The translations under genes and the position numbers were made by a program. Below are positions 1 through 11,969 of a stretch of 64,000 nucleotides of DNA, in pieces. The DNA comes from Curvularia clavata. Its lineage: Eukaryota. Numbering within the stretch: the first letter of the stretch is position 1; each line of letters starts with the position of its first letter. Below the pieces are notes generated by a model that was not told where the DNA came from, made no database searches, and saw nothing but the letters and a program-made list of their open reading frames with translations. The stretch is taken from NCBI GenBank assembly GCA_023920165.1, contig CP089277.1, positions 1,674,001 through 1,738,000 of the forward strand, written 5' to 3'.

Positions 1-835
1 GGATGGATCATGGCCCTTGGTACTGCATGTGTGTAGTAGTACTAGCAAGTCCAAAAGGGCCTTTGGGGAGTCGACCGCTATCTCGACGTTGCTTTTAGCG
101 GCCAACAGAAAAAGCTGCTGTTGTTGTCTCAAATGCCCGGCACGTGTTGTTGCAGCCTGTGTTTCTCTCGTGAACGTTTCGAAACACCAGCTAGTCGCCC
201 GCTCACGCGCGAACGCAACGCTAACTGGCAGGCCGGCAAGTGGAGACGAAACCAGTGAAGAGATATGGAGCGACTGCAGGGTGATGAGGTGCAGTGCTGT
301 GAAAGTGTCGCCATTGGCGCAGGCCGTCTATCCCAGGTGGGTAAGCCATGTCTACGTGTTGCGGTGTGCGGCCATGACGAGGCGGGCTAGCCGTCCCAGC
401 CTCACAAAATCTGCCTCTCCTGCCACCTACTTTTCCCAGCCGCTCGAAACATTGATTGCAAGGCCAACTCCCTCGCCCTCTTTCTTTTGCTCCCTCCGTG
501 TCTCTGCCTCCCTCCAGCGACTCGTCTCGTCGGTGCCCTGCATCTGCCTCTGCTGCTGCTGCTGCTGCCGCTGCACTCTACCCCACCCTCGTCCCTCGTT
601 CACTCTCCACTCTCGACCCGCTGTCTCTCCTCGGCCCTATCGATAACCCTCGCCCGGGCTGCCCGCTGCCCTCAACCCTCTCGCCCTCCTCGCCCTCGCC
701 CTCGGACACCAGGCAAAGACTCAGCACTGTGTTTCACGCAGAGTCCCTGATATCTCGTGCTGCCGATCCGGCCCAATTGCCGCCGTTCCCAATCTCCCCC
801 ACCCGGCGCCAAACATTTAGCTTCAGCCCGCCGCT

Positions 836-2419
836 ATGAGCCGCAATCTATCCCATGACGGCGAGTTGCCACAGCCCTCCCAGCCTCCTTACGCTGCCCA
901 TGGCCCGCAACGCGCCGTAACAGTGCAGCCGTACCACGCCCGGAAACAGTCGTCTCCTCTGCCCGAGCATGACGTGCGTGCCTTTGACGACGTTGACATC
1001 ACCGGCCTCCAACCACCACCTTGTGCCCTGACTCCCACCTCGGTCACAGCTTACGACCCCCACGCCCCTTCCCCACTAGAGGATTTCCCCAGGTCTGGTC
1101 GCAGCAGTCACCAGCGTACACTGACGGGCACCATCTTTGACAACTTCAATCGCGCCACCTCGACCATACAGCAACATACCTCACGCGCATCTTCACCCTC
1201 AAAGTCCCTCGCCAGCTTTATCCCCTCGAGAGGAGCCATCGAATCCAGCGCCAGCCAGCCCAAGATCAGGGCCATCCAGAACTGGTTCACTGGCTCTTCC
1301 GCCTCAATCAAGTCCGGTGCCTCGCAGCACGACGACTATTCCGACTCAGAATCGGCATCTGGAGAAGAGTACGACTCCGAATCCGAGTCTGAAGAAGAGG
1401 AAGAGGAGAGGGGCAACATGATGGCCAACATCTTCAATCGCGGCTCATCGCTTACCAGGGGTGCTTCGGAGAGCCCCCAGCCCGCGGCCGCTACGCAGCC
1501 GCAGACCAAGCCCCCGAGCCAGCCAACCGCAAGCAGCAAGTTCGCCTGGCTGCTCAAGACCCAGAAGAATGCTGCTGTACCTCCCCCACAGCGGTCGCCC
1601 ACATACCACAACCCCGACGATGAGCTACTGAACCTCAACATTTCACAAGCTCTCTTCCCACATGGCCCCGCCGACCCTCTTGCTGCCTCATCCTTCCACG
1701 ACCTGCTCACCAACGCCGAAGCACTACTATCACGTTACCAAACAGCCTATCGCAAACTCTCTACCGCCTTGGTAGACGCGCAATCAGAACAGAGTGCCCA
1801 GGAGGACGAGCTCGATGAGGCCGAGACACGCGCCCGCCACCTCAAGATGCAACTCGAGACCATGGCCAGACGAGCCGACGAGCAGGACGAGCAGATGCGG
1901 TCGCTCATGGAAGATCTTGCATTTGAGCGACGCGCAAGACAAGAAGAAGAGGCAGCCCGCAAGAGGAACCTTGCCCTTATCCGAGGCTCCGTGCAGTGCG
2001 AACACGCGTCATGCCAAGACACTGCTGTCCGACGACACAACCGCGTCTCTGGCTCGGGACTGAGCGTCGATTCTGGCTTCGAGTCCGAGACAGAGACTGA
2101 CGGCGCAAGCGTCGTCTCAGGCGCCTGCATGAGCCCAACCGCCACCGACCGGACCTCCGTCCTCGACGCTGACATCCATGACAGCACATCCAAGAACAAG
2201 AAGGTTGCATCAACACAAAAGATGAATACACAGGAGAAGGTAGATATTGCACGGGGTGGATGGGGATGTGCAAATTGTGAAGGCGGTGCACAATCCGCTG
2301 TGTGGGGCCGTCTAGCTAAAGAGCGTGAGGAAAACCGCACGCTCAGGCTTCGAGTCGAGACGCTCGAAGAAGCTGTCGATGGTGCTCTCAACGCCGTTAC
2401 CGGCGCTTGGGGTATGTAA
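836..2419 (+). CDS. Hypothetical protein, 527 aa, Ser/Pro-rich with central and C-terminal coiled coils
   Basis: Long single-exon ATG ORF after a pyrimidine-rich leader; heptad-like segments (ELDEAETRARHLKMQLETM; ENRTLRLRVETLEEAV), a C-terminal CANC motif and a DSGFES motif. Confidence 0.8.
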   Translation: MSRNLSHDGELPQPSQPPYAAHGPQRAVTVQPYHARKQSSPLPEHDVRAFDDVDITGLQPPPCALTPTSVTAYDPHAPSPLEDFPRSGRSSHQRTLTGTIFDNFNRATSTIQQHTSRASSPSKSLASFIPSRGAIESSASQPKIRAIQNWFTGSSASIKSGASQHDDYSDSESASGEEYDSESESEEEEEERGNMMANIFNRGSSLTRGASESPQPAAATQPQTKPPSQPTASSKFAWLLKTQKNAAVPPPQRSPTYHNPDDELLNLNISQALFPHGPADPLAASSFHDLLTNAEALLSRYQTAYRKLSTALVDAQSEQSAQEDELDEAETRARHLKMQLETMARRADEQDEQMRSLMEDLAFERRARQEEEAARKRNLALIRGSVQCEHASCQDTAVRRHNRVSGSGLSVDSGFESETETDGASVVSGACMSPTATDRTSVLDADIHDSTSKNKKVASTQKMNTQEKVDIARGGWGCANCEGGAQSAVWGRLAKEREENRTLRLRVETLEEAVDGALNAVTGAWGM

Positions 2420-2894
2420 ATATTGGTGTGTCCTAGTACAATGTTGTGGAAAAGGCACTGGCGTATAGCGGAACCATTGGGACCTCTTCTTTTCTTTTTG
2501 GCTTGCGCAGTATTGGGCATTTGTTTCGTTTTGTTCGCCTTGTTCAAAATTTTCGTATGGTAGAGCTGCATAGGGAATACCATTTTTGCACAGCAGTGCT
2601 GTGTGTTTTGCGAGAGGATATTTCCACCTCTTTTTCATGTTTATTCTTATCCCTTTTTACTTTTTTGCATTCAACGAGACGTTTTGTGTAATAGGTTGTC
2701 GTATAGTTTCTGCTGACGAGAAGGTGCTCGCAATAAACAACAGATTTACAATCTCCAAACGAGCGAGAGGGATAAGATGTATCGAATATTAAAAGCACTG
2801 TCAAATCATCACTGCTTTTCAAATGGTTTACACTTTTCATGTACATTCATATTCCTGTCTCAAATTCAATCATTTACTCATACACATATTTTCT

Positions 2895-2895
2895 C

Positions 2896-2926
<31 letters not shown>

Positions 2927-2927
2927 A
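2895..2927. repeat. C22-A11 homopolymer tract between convergent 3' ends
   Basis: Read directly: 22 C followed by 11 A. Confidence 0.9.
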
Positions 2928-3030
2928 CAGGGGCTGAGAAGAGCTAAAACGCCAATGTGCTTGGACCGCAACAGCAAAAAAATACTAAGAGGAAAAATCA
3001 AGATGCCCTACGCTTTCTTCATACCCTCAC

Positions 3031-5210
3031 TTATAGCTTTCCTCCACAGCAGTCGTCCTTGCCTACCAGTACCGAGGCATTATTCTTGGTGTTGGGCATA
3101 TCAATGGCGGGATTGCGATCGAAGAAGTCGCTGGGCTTGTATTGGATCTGATGGATTTCTACAGGCATAACGGGCCAGTCTTCGACTCTGTTCGGTTGTT
3201 AGTACTTATGTGTACGTAGGTGGGTATGAAAAGGACTTACCTAGGGTTGTGTGTCAAACCAAATACATTCCAGAGGACAACATCCTCATTAGTGACATCG
3301 TCTTTACGCGCAGCCATGTCGTGTACACCGCCCTTCTCCAGCTGGCTCTGCATGGTGAAGCGACCGCCGGCATAGAGCTCGTCGTCGTGGTACTTTGTCA
3401 CCCAGACGTGGTGGTTGGTGAAGAGGGCGCGATTGGCCTGTATGCTGCCCTTTGCCGCCAGCAACTTTTGTGTTGGTAGCGGCGCGAACTTGTACGCAAC
3501 CGGATTACCCGACTTGGGGTTCTTCTTAGCCGGGTTGATGATCTTGAAGACGCGGTGGTCGGCAGGGTTGGCGTCGAGACCAGTGGATTTCTCCACGACT
3601 GTCTTGCGGATCTCGTACCAATTCCCGTTGGGGTTGGTTTCCTTGTTCCAAGGAGCTGGGAGGGATTCTTCATAGACGACTGTGTTCTTGTGGCCATCGA
3701 TGGCCGGGTCCACACGAATAGCGAAGATGTGCTGGTGGTTTTGGGCGAGGACACCGTTAGCGACGACGTTGCCGTAGTCGGAGGTCTTGCCCGCGTCGAT
3801 GTTTACGACTGAGACAATACCAGTGGCACGAGTCTCGATGGTGATGCCACCAGCGGTGTCAAGCTTGTAGGCAAAGATGTATTCGTAGTTTGCCAGGGTG
3901 ATGATGAATTGGACCACAAGTTCACGCATGCGTGTCACCACAGCGCGTCCCGTTCGCCAGTTGGCTATGTGTTGTTAGCCAATGACCTGATATTTGATGA
4001 TTTCGTTCACTTACTGTGCTTCCAGCCAATACCATTGTCTTGCTCGTGGAGACATATGACGTTGGGGTGTTCGGTGGGCTCACCATCGGAACCGACAATG
4101 ACAGCATCAAAGTACTTGATGACACCCAGGCAATCACAGCCAAGAGAAAGGTTGTTGGCGCAGTTTCCGGCACCTCCGTCGCCAAAGTCAAAGGCCTGCT
4201 TGCGTTGGTAGCCTGGACGGGCATCGGCATAGGGAACCGTCATCTCGCTGATGCTCATACGGTACATAATGCTCCTTCCATCGTAGTGGACATCGTGCAA
4301 GACAGCTCCTTCACGGGGGTTGAAGGATACCCTGAAGCTCCATTTTTGCCACTCAACCAGCGATTCGTCGGTAACCTTGAATGAGGGACCCTCTGGCTGT
4401 AAGATGTTGATGGGCTTGACATCCTCGCGAAGTCCGCCCTTGACCATCTCAGGGACGTATTCGGCTTCCTCGCAGTGGTCAAGAACGCGTGGAGAGCATG
4501 TCTGGCCCGTCATGCTATCGCCCTTTCCACCAGTAGCCAAGCGGTTGACGCGAACGATTTTCCTTGTTTTGGCGTCCATGACTGGGCTAATGGGCAATGG
4601 GTATCCGTAGAAGTTGGAGTCTGGGTTTCCATTCCTCATGTCCTGGGCGAAGCAGAGACCCTGGAAGTATCTTAGGGGTTCATAGTCATCCTCGACTGGA
4701 CCATATGGCCTACGATGGTTAGTATTGGGAAGAAAGAACGGGCTCAGAGGAAAGGGCATCATACCATGGCTCAATGACTAGTTCAAATCCATCGGGTAAT
4801 TGAAACTCAGCAACGGCTTTCTGGAATATCTCACTCTCCTTGCACGCGGTAACTAGATTCTGGAATTCCCATAGAGTCAAGCTAGGCTGAGTGTCTGTGG
4901 GGAAAGTCTCGTGCCGGACCCTCTTCTTTTGCTCGACATCGATGACCGACTCGTGGTACCGGGGAATCTTGTCAGATCCAATGACATCATAATGGCACTT
5001 TGCCAGCCTCGGTGGCCGCTTGGACGCTGGGGAAAGGCCCGGCTTGGCAGCGTGCTCGAGTTCAAGGTACTGCTTCATCATCTCTTTGTTTGGCTCTTGC
5101 AGGAAGATTTCTCGAAATTCCACAACGGTGTCTTGATGAAGGGAGAGGACGGTGTCACGCGCAATGCGCGTCTCCTCTGCATTGAGGATCTTGAATGGAT
5201 GAACCGCCAT
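3031..5210 (-). CDS. Copper-containing amine oxidase (TPQ-dependent), 4 exons: 5210-4765, 4709-4015, 3964-3241, 3187-3031
   Basis: TLANYEY topaquinone consensus, HQH copper ligands, NLSLGCDCLG and PRVEDWPVMP motifs; three GT-AG introns with CTAAC branch points restore the frame; ends ...CCGGKL*. Confidence 0.95.
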
Positions 5211-6425
5211 GATGGTATCAATGACCTATGAATCTTTCTGCCTCCACAGTCAAGGATGGTGTACAAGAAGAGAGGTATCAGATAAATTGAAACTTCCCTC
5301 AAGCTGAGAGGGGACTACGCTGCCTTTTATCCTCGTGCAAATACATACGTCTCTACATGGGTCACTAATTCCGCGTTCCTCTACCGTACTAAGCGGGGTC
5401 TTGGTACGATGCGCTATTGTAGCTGTTTAGTGCATGTCGCGTGGACCTTCGGTAAGTGGTTTAGCGCAGGGTTCATTCGAGGATGTTATAATACGCGATG
5501 TACGGCTTACCCCGGCTTCTATGCAGATACAGACGTACCGTCTAGTTTATCTTCTTCCACACGCGGAAACGCTCAAACAACTTAGCTTTTTTGTCAATTC
5601 GCCGTGGAAAGACACACACTATGCTTACAAACGAGTACACGATGAGTAGGCCCGATACACGTTATGCCGCGCCGGACAGAAGTACCGCATCACCACTTAC
5701 CCGCACTAAGATGTGTTTCAACCCCAGAATGACAGGGATACAATGTCCGACGACGACCTGGACCAGCTCTGCTGACTTCCCGGGATAGCTGTTGCACTGG
5801 TATAGATCGTAAATGCCGACTTGGCCCAGCTTATCGCGCCCGTGGATTTGCAGTTAGTAACCGTTGCTGTTCCAGACTGAGAGGTGCGTGGGACGTGTGA
5901 AGGGTTCGAAACATACGCGTAGGCCCGAATACCTGTGACCATACATATCTGTCTCCCTTATCTTAGTCAATATAATCTTGCTGCAAGAATTGGTGAGCTT
6001 ATGATTCTGGCCGAATGAAGACGCAAAAGGTGACATTGATGCGCTTATGTATTCTTGTCGCTGACATAGTCTCCCAACGGATGAAGAAGTGTAGTAAGTT
6101 TCCTTCTCGTAAAGGAATGTGTTGCGCTGCGACTGGCTACCATCTCGTGCCCAAAATGCGTCTCTACCACACGCCAAGGCAGTTCGTTCTCACCGACCTA
6201 GGGTGTAGTAGACTAATTAGACAAAATACCATATGCCTATAGTTAATGCATCGGAGTTCTTCCAAATCGGCGTATGAGCTATTGTGAGGAGTCTTCAGCG
6301 AATACCACAGTCTCTCCATTGCATGTTGCCTATCGATTCCTCCTGTGGTACTGGTATCTTCCAGATTGACCAACAAAAACCAGCTCGACGACCTCTAACT
6401 CAGTAGGACGCCACCGCAAAAAGGA

Positions 6426-6520
6426 TGCATCGGCCGGGAATCGAACCCGGGGCTAGCCGACGTCGCTCGTCTCAAAGAGATGAATGGCAACGGCTAATTT
6501 TACCACTAAACCACCGATGC
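6426..6520 (-). tRNA. tRNA-Gly(GCC) with 24-nt intron (6461-6484)
   Basis: Reverse complement GCATCGG-TGGTTTAGTGGTAAAAT-TAGCCGTTGCCA[intron]TCGGCTA-GCCCCGGGTTCGATTCCCGG-CCGATGCA; acceptor, anticodon and T arms pair; TTTTT Pol III terminator follows. Confidence 0.95.
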
Positions 6521-8109
6521 TACTGAGGGTCGAAAGGCAAACCAGGCAGGAGCTGGTTGTTCGATGGAGGAAGGAGCGGACAGCTAGGAATATGTTCCAC
6601 TGGAAAAATTTAGTTTCAAGCCGTTCCTGTGAAGGCCGTGGTTGGATGGAAAGCGGCCCCACCTCGGTAATTGTATTTTGTACCGGCGGAGCCAATCATA
6701 TTTCTGGAGAAGCGCTATCGACACGCACCGAAGGATACGCTGCCTTTGTGGGCTAGTGAGTATTGCGGGCATGTACTCTGTGCAACACCCGTAATCTCAA
6801 CATGGGAAGTGTGCTTCCACAAACCAATCGAGTCTACCGTACGGTCAGAAGTACCACGACGACACGAAGCCGCGGTCACATAAGTATCGCGAAGGTGTTT
6901 CTGCAGTCGCAATTGTCGGTAATGCCGGTTGTTTGACTTCCTGCACAATGCAGTAAATCTGTATCTGAATCTCAAAGACACTTGCACCCAAGTGGCGACA
7001 TAGGCCATGCGTTGAGTAACAGCTGTTTGGAGCCATCAAGCTGGTCTTTGTGGCATTTGGTGACGAACTTTGAGCTCGATTAACAGTGTGTGACAAGAAC
7101 AACTTATAATGTGGTCAAGAATGTAGGAAGGACGTGTAGAATTGGAAGCGGTGGACGGGATGAAACGTAGCGTGAGTGTGAATGAACAATGACCCGAGAT
7201 GTAGAAGAACTGGTTCCAGAAGATGAAAATGCTGCATGTGGTCTTTGTTGCTCTGATATGGAGGAAGCGGTTAGCCTTAGGCTACCTTTGTTGCGTGAAG
7301 GAATGGTTCGTGCCGTGTCCTGAAGATCTACTGTCAGTCTTAGTTACATCTCTTTCAGAACTGGATCATCACATACGCACTCTCTAGATGCAATCACTGA
7401 GTATTGTGAGAGCTTGTCGTGTGGTGATGTTTGGGTGACCCACTTGCTGAGGTTGGGGGCAAGGAGCGCCTTCCTGTTTGCTTCAGTGCACGGTAGATCA
7501 CGTGCGGATTAGTCACACCCAGGCTTGGACATACAAGTATTCCATTGCAAAGACATCCTGGTTCTTTGACGATACGAGTCACGCAATGTGTCCCCATTGG
7601 CTCCATGGCTATACAGGCCTTCTCTCGCACTCGGTACGGGGTAGGATGACAAGACCAAGACCATTGTCAAAAGTCATAGATACACGATCAGGCAATTCTG
7701 AAGGGCCCAGACTTATGGGAATACTTTTTCTGATGCTGAGTAGCAAGTCCACCTTCTCCAGGCTGTGATAGTCACCTCCGAGCAGAGCTGCGCCACGTGC
7801 ACAGCCACAGTCTGAACTAGTCCCACCTTTCGCTCTAGCTACGCGCCCACTTCACGCTACGACTGCTGGCTCATAATGCGCTGGCTCACCGCAATCCCAG
7901 GCGACAGTGGCCGCTGTGCCGTCATCTGCGCTCCGCTCGTCGTCCACAGCCATGCGCCCACTTGATCCCTGGTGAGGCAATGAGGCTGTGACATCGACGC
8001 GCCGTGATGCACGCGTCAAAGCGCTCCACAGCCAGCAACATACAGGTTTTTGTTGCAGACTAAATTTCCGACATTTTCCAACTGCAGAACTGCTTCCCTG
8101 CATACCAAC

Positions 8110-9729
8110 ATGTTTACTGGAGTAACACCAGAGTCGCTTCTTCCTCGCTCAGACTCACGAAATCCGGCGACCACGTGCAAAGGCATCACGAAATCTGGAC
8201 GACCATGTCGACGGCCGATCGACGCCAAGGAACCGCAGGGCGATGGAGTTCTCGCCGTGACGTCTGTTGTTGGCGAAGACAGCGATGAGGAGATTGGCGC
8301 GGCTGCGTATTTTTGCTGGCAGCACAAAGACCAGGCAGAGACGCTGGCTGCAAAAACATCTACCGGACCAGCGACACAACTGTACCCACTGAAAGAGAGG
8401 AGCAGTATTGATACGTTGGTGGCGCGACTCGGTGTTCTCGACATAGAAGAGCAGAATGGAGCGGATCCACGAAAAAAGGGCAGCAACGCCCATGGGAGAA
8501 GAAGTTCTGGTTCCCGACCACCAAGACGAATAAACAGGCCACCGACCTGGGGCACGGTCGAAGGACCTCTCATGTCTGTACCAAGCGACGTAATGGCAGA
8601 AAGGAGAAGAAGGGACCGTCCATCCAAACCACCACCTCAAGAGAAGAAGAAGAGCTTCTGGGCGTCTTTGTGCTGTGGATCGGCAGACGAAGAATATACC
8701 CAAGTTGTGCGGCACAAGAAGAGGACGGATCAGCAACCACCAGCTGCCGAGACACAGCAAGTAACAAGACCCACGCACGAAATGGCACAGCTACAGGCAG
8801 AAGTTCGAGTACCGCAGAAACCAGCTCGAAGAAGAAGCAGCTCGCAAACCTCTCGGCCTCCGTCTTCCTCTCGACCGCCAATCGCATCCAACCCACCAAA
8901 CAGCGTACCGGCACGCAAACCCCTAGGCGAAAAGGCTGCGCGTCCACTAAACAAAACTACTAGCGGCGCCCCAGACTCAGAAACCGGCATGCTACTCCGT
9001 TACATTCCCACGACCCTGGCCCCTAAACTAGCCTCTACACTTTTGGCCGAGCTCTCAAAGCCCATTTCCCCCCACGATGAAGAAGGCTTCATCTATATCT
9101 TCTGGTTGACCCCAGAAGCAGCAGGGCCGGCGCCTTCATCTGCTGCGTCGACACTGCTTGCGCCTCCGTCTTCAGGTCGGGGCGACCAGAGCCGCCGCCG
9201 AACATCCGATGTGATGCGGCAATACTCCGTCAAGAAGCCAGCATCTGGCAGCACACGGTCGCGGCAGGGCAGCGGCGACGCGAATCAGCAAGAAAAGGGC
9301 GGCAAAGACAAGATTCTACTCAAGATTGGGCGTGCAAATAATGTTCACCGCAGAATGAACGAGTGGACGCGACAATGCGGGTACAGTCTCTCACTCGTAC
9401 GGTACTATCCGTACGTCTCTTCGGCCAGCGCAACGCCCTCGCCCCAAGCGTCTCCCGCGGGTTCACGACAGCCGTCATATCAGGGCAGTGGGCGCCCGTC
9501 ACCTGCATCGCGGCCTGGGTCCGACACGGTGCGTAAAGTGCCGTATGCGCATCGAGTGGAGCGGTTGATTCATCTCGAGTTGGGTGAGCAGAGAGTAGTT
9601 AAGCAGTGTGAAGCATGTGGTAAGAGTCACAAGGAGTGGTTCGAGGTCGAGGCTACACGGGAGGGAGTGAAGAAGGTGGACGAAGTGGTAAAGAGATGGG
9701 TCGAGTGGGCCGAGAGGAGAAATGAATGA
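8110..9729 (+). CDS. T5orf172/MUG113-like (GIY-YIG-related) domain protein
   Basis: First ATG at 8110. GFIYIF, KIGRANNVHRRMNEWTRQC, HRVERLIHLEL and CxxCGKSHKEWFEV motifs; N-terminal TCKGITKSGRPC...FCWQH putative Zn finger. Confidence 0.85.
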   Translation: MFTGVTPESLLPRSDSRNPATTCKGITKSGRPCRRPIDAKEPQGDGVLAVTSVVGEDSDEEIGAAAYFCWQHKDQAETLAAKTSTGPATQLYPLKERSSIDTLVARLGVLDIEEQNGADPRKKGSNAHGRRSSGSRPPRRINRPPTWGTVEGPLMSVPSDVMAERRRRDRPSKPPPQEKKKSFWASLCCGSADEEYTQVVRHKKRTDQQPPAAETQQVTRPTHEMAQLQAEVRVPQKPARRRSSSQTSRPPSSSRPPIASNPPNSVPARKPLGEKAARPLNKTTSGAPDSETGMLLRYIPTTLAPKLASTLLAELSKPISPHDEEGFIYIFWLTPEAAGPAPSSAASTLLAPPSSGRGDQSRRRTSDVMRQYSVKKPASGSTRSRQGSGDANQQEKGGKDKILLKIGRANNVHRRMNEWTRQCGYSLSLVRYYPYVSSASATPSPQASPAGSRQPSYQGSGRPSPASRPGSDTVRKVPYAHRVERLIHLELGEQRVVKQCEACGKSHKEWFEVEATREGVKKVDEVVKRWVEWAERRNE

Positions 9730-10186
9730 ATGAATGAATGATTAGGAATTGCGGGCACAACTAGCAGACTGTTTTGGAAATGTTGTTGGCAAAGTTTAAT
9801 TTCATTGGGGAATTGGGGGTATCTTGTGTAGCTATAGCAGCAAGCAATTATCAAAAATTCAAACGCGCATGTTCTTTGAGACTCGTAAACAGAAACGAGT
9901 CCAGAGTTACTCAGAAATAGGGGGTTGGCCGACATGGCGGACACTGTACAGTGGAGCTTTTGGTAGTGGTGGCGGCGGCGGCGAAGGGGGAAAGGAGATG
10001 AACGGTTCGCAAAACACCGCGGTGGTCGAACATGTGGATCGAAGGCTTTTCCGTCTCTTTTACGTCGCAGTGGGCGACAAATATTACATCCTACTCGTGT
10101 TGAACGTCTCTTTACTCGTGGGTCGTGCAAGATGGTGTATATGTATATACAGTTGGGATTTCCTTGGGGGTCAGGATGATGTCGGG

Positions 10187-10951
10187 TTAGAAGAGGCCGA
10201 TGCGAGGCCGCCAGTCGTTTTCAGCAGACTTTGGGTTGACAACAATCTGATAAGGAAAAGGGTTGGCATCGGTCGTAGTAATAGGGGGAATATGGTCCTT
10301 GTCTCGGTTTACAATGGCGATGATCTTGTGCGCGGCTTTTTCGAGCGATTTGGTCATGGCGCGGCGGACCTTGAGCGCGTCTGTGGAGCGGATTAGTAAA
10401 TCTGCCGATAGCGAATGCCGTGGGCTGCTCCCTACCAGTCTCTGTCCGGGGCTGGGCGAGGGTAACGTCAATGGTCCACTGCTCCCAGCAGACGTCCTCG
10501 TCTGCCTTGCCAAAGAAGTACGTCTTTCTTCTCTTCTTCTCGAAAAATTGCACGACAATCTGGCCTCTGCCCCTGGGCTGGTGGGTGCTGTCTATGGAGC
10601 GCACAAGCGCAAAAGTCTTCTGTTCAATGAGCGTCTCGAGATCGACATCGTCAATAGCGGGCAACGTCAGGTCGAGCAGATCGCGCGTGAGCGGGGATAT
10701 CGATGTAAAGTAGCGGTGGAAGAAGATGGTGTGCAGGATTGCTGTTTTGCGTGTCAACACTGGCTCACGGCGAAGTCCGGGTGGGCAGCGGGTAGTGGGG
10801 TGACAAAGTTGCGCCGTCGCGCAGAAGACAAAGTTGGAGAGAGAGAAAAGGGCGAAAAACAAAGGCGGAACGCACCTTTGACGACATCCTTGACAAAGGC
10901 CGTGTCTGCGAAGATGTCGAGGTTGTACTCTGGCCGCCGTCGTGGTTCCAT
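10187..10951 (-). CDS. ATG101: Autophagy-related protein 101 (DUF1649), 3 exons: 10951-10876, 10741-10436, 10380-10187; possible upstream in-frame start at 11296
   Basis: ILHTIFFHRYF, VQFFEKKRRK..F, VCWEQW and KDHIPPIT...NPFPYQI motifs; two GT-AG introns join the frames. Confidence 0.9.
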
Positions 10952-11969
10952 GGCGGTAGCAAACTGCTTGATGCCCGAACTGAAGACGGGGGGCCCGGGG
11001 GAGCGCCACGCGGCGGTCTGGGGCGGGCGAGTCGCAAGGGGGGGAGAGGTCGGGGGTGGAGAAGCAGGCGGGCGGTTGGTGGTAGTGGTCGTGGTGATGT
11101 GTGCGGCAGCGGTGTTGTCGTGGCAGGCGGAGCGTCGTCGAGGGTATGGGTGTCGTGGTTGGGACAGGTATGGAGGTGAAGTTTCGGGCTTGTGCGGGGC
11201 AGTCGCGGACGAACACGACGTCGGAAAGCGAGCAGGCGCGGGCGGCGCCATGGGTGAGATCATCACTAAGGCGCTGTCGCGGCTAGCCATGGCCATGGCT
11301 GGGGCGGCGCGGCCTATCAGCACGGGGCGCTCCTGCTGCGCCGTACTCGTCACTTTGGTTTTTCCCGTCGTGGCGGATGGACGGGGGGGCGAGAGAGAAC
11401 CCTTGACTTGGTAGCGATGGCCCAATCCAGGCACTGCACAGTCTGTGGCATTTATATAGGCTGTCGCTTCGCTGACGATGCACTCGGCCTGCCACCGCTG
11501 GCAGAGGCACACACGCGACGCCCGACATGTGATGGTTCCCTGGCGATGGACAGCGTCCATGTCACGGGACAAGACGGCCCTTCCATCGAGCCACACGCAG
11601 TGGGCGGCATACTCTCTTGCATACTCTAGTAGGGCCAGATGCACGGCAGCAGCAAACTCTGAACTGGTGGCCAGGGCTGGCTGGCTGCATGCAGGACATT
11701 GTCAGCCTTACCAAGAGATCTAGGCTGTTGACGGGCCGCCAATAAGCGTGCACCTGCTGCCTCCACACGTCGCAGTCATGCTCACAAGGCCTGACAGTCG
11801 GCCAGCCATGATGACGACAAAGTGATTCAGATGGTTACACAAATGACAGATTGCCTACCCTCCACTCTAAGACATGTCTCGGACGCCTGCTGCCACCCTC
11901 GCGTCACACCCGCCTGAGACGCACCTACAAATAAATAGCCCCCAAGCCACCCTAGCGCCCGCCGCCTAC

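Noticed and set aside
17..839. Overlapping ORFs of 87-209 aa upstream of the first gene
   Set aside because: Non-ATG starts and low-complexity translations of a CT-rich leader with a (CTG)n tract; best explained as promoter/5'UTR.
1747..2583. 278-aa minus-strand ORF
   Set aside because: Antisense to the 527-aa gene; no independent coding signal.
9721..9740. (AATG)5 overlapping a stop codon, suggesting coupled stop-start
   Set aside because: Simple microsatellite; no meaningful downstream ORF.
10263..11414. 383-aa plus-strand ORF
   Set aside because: Antisense shadow of ATG101 and its GC-rich leader; TTG start and no motifs.
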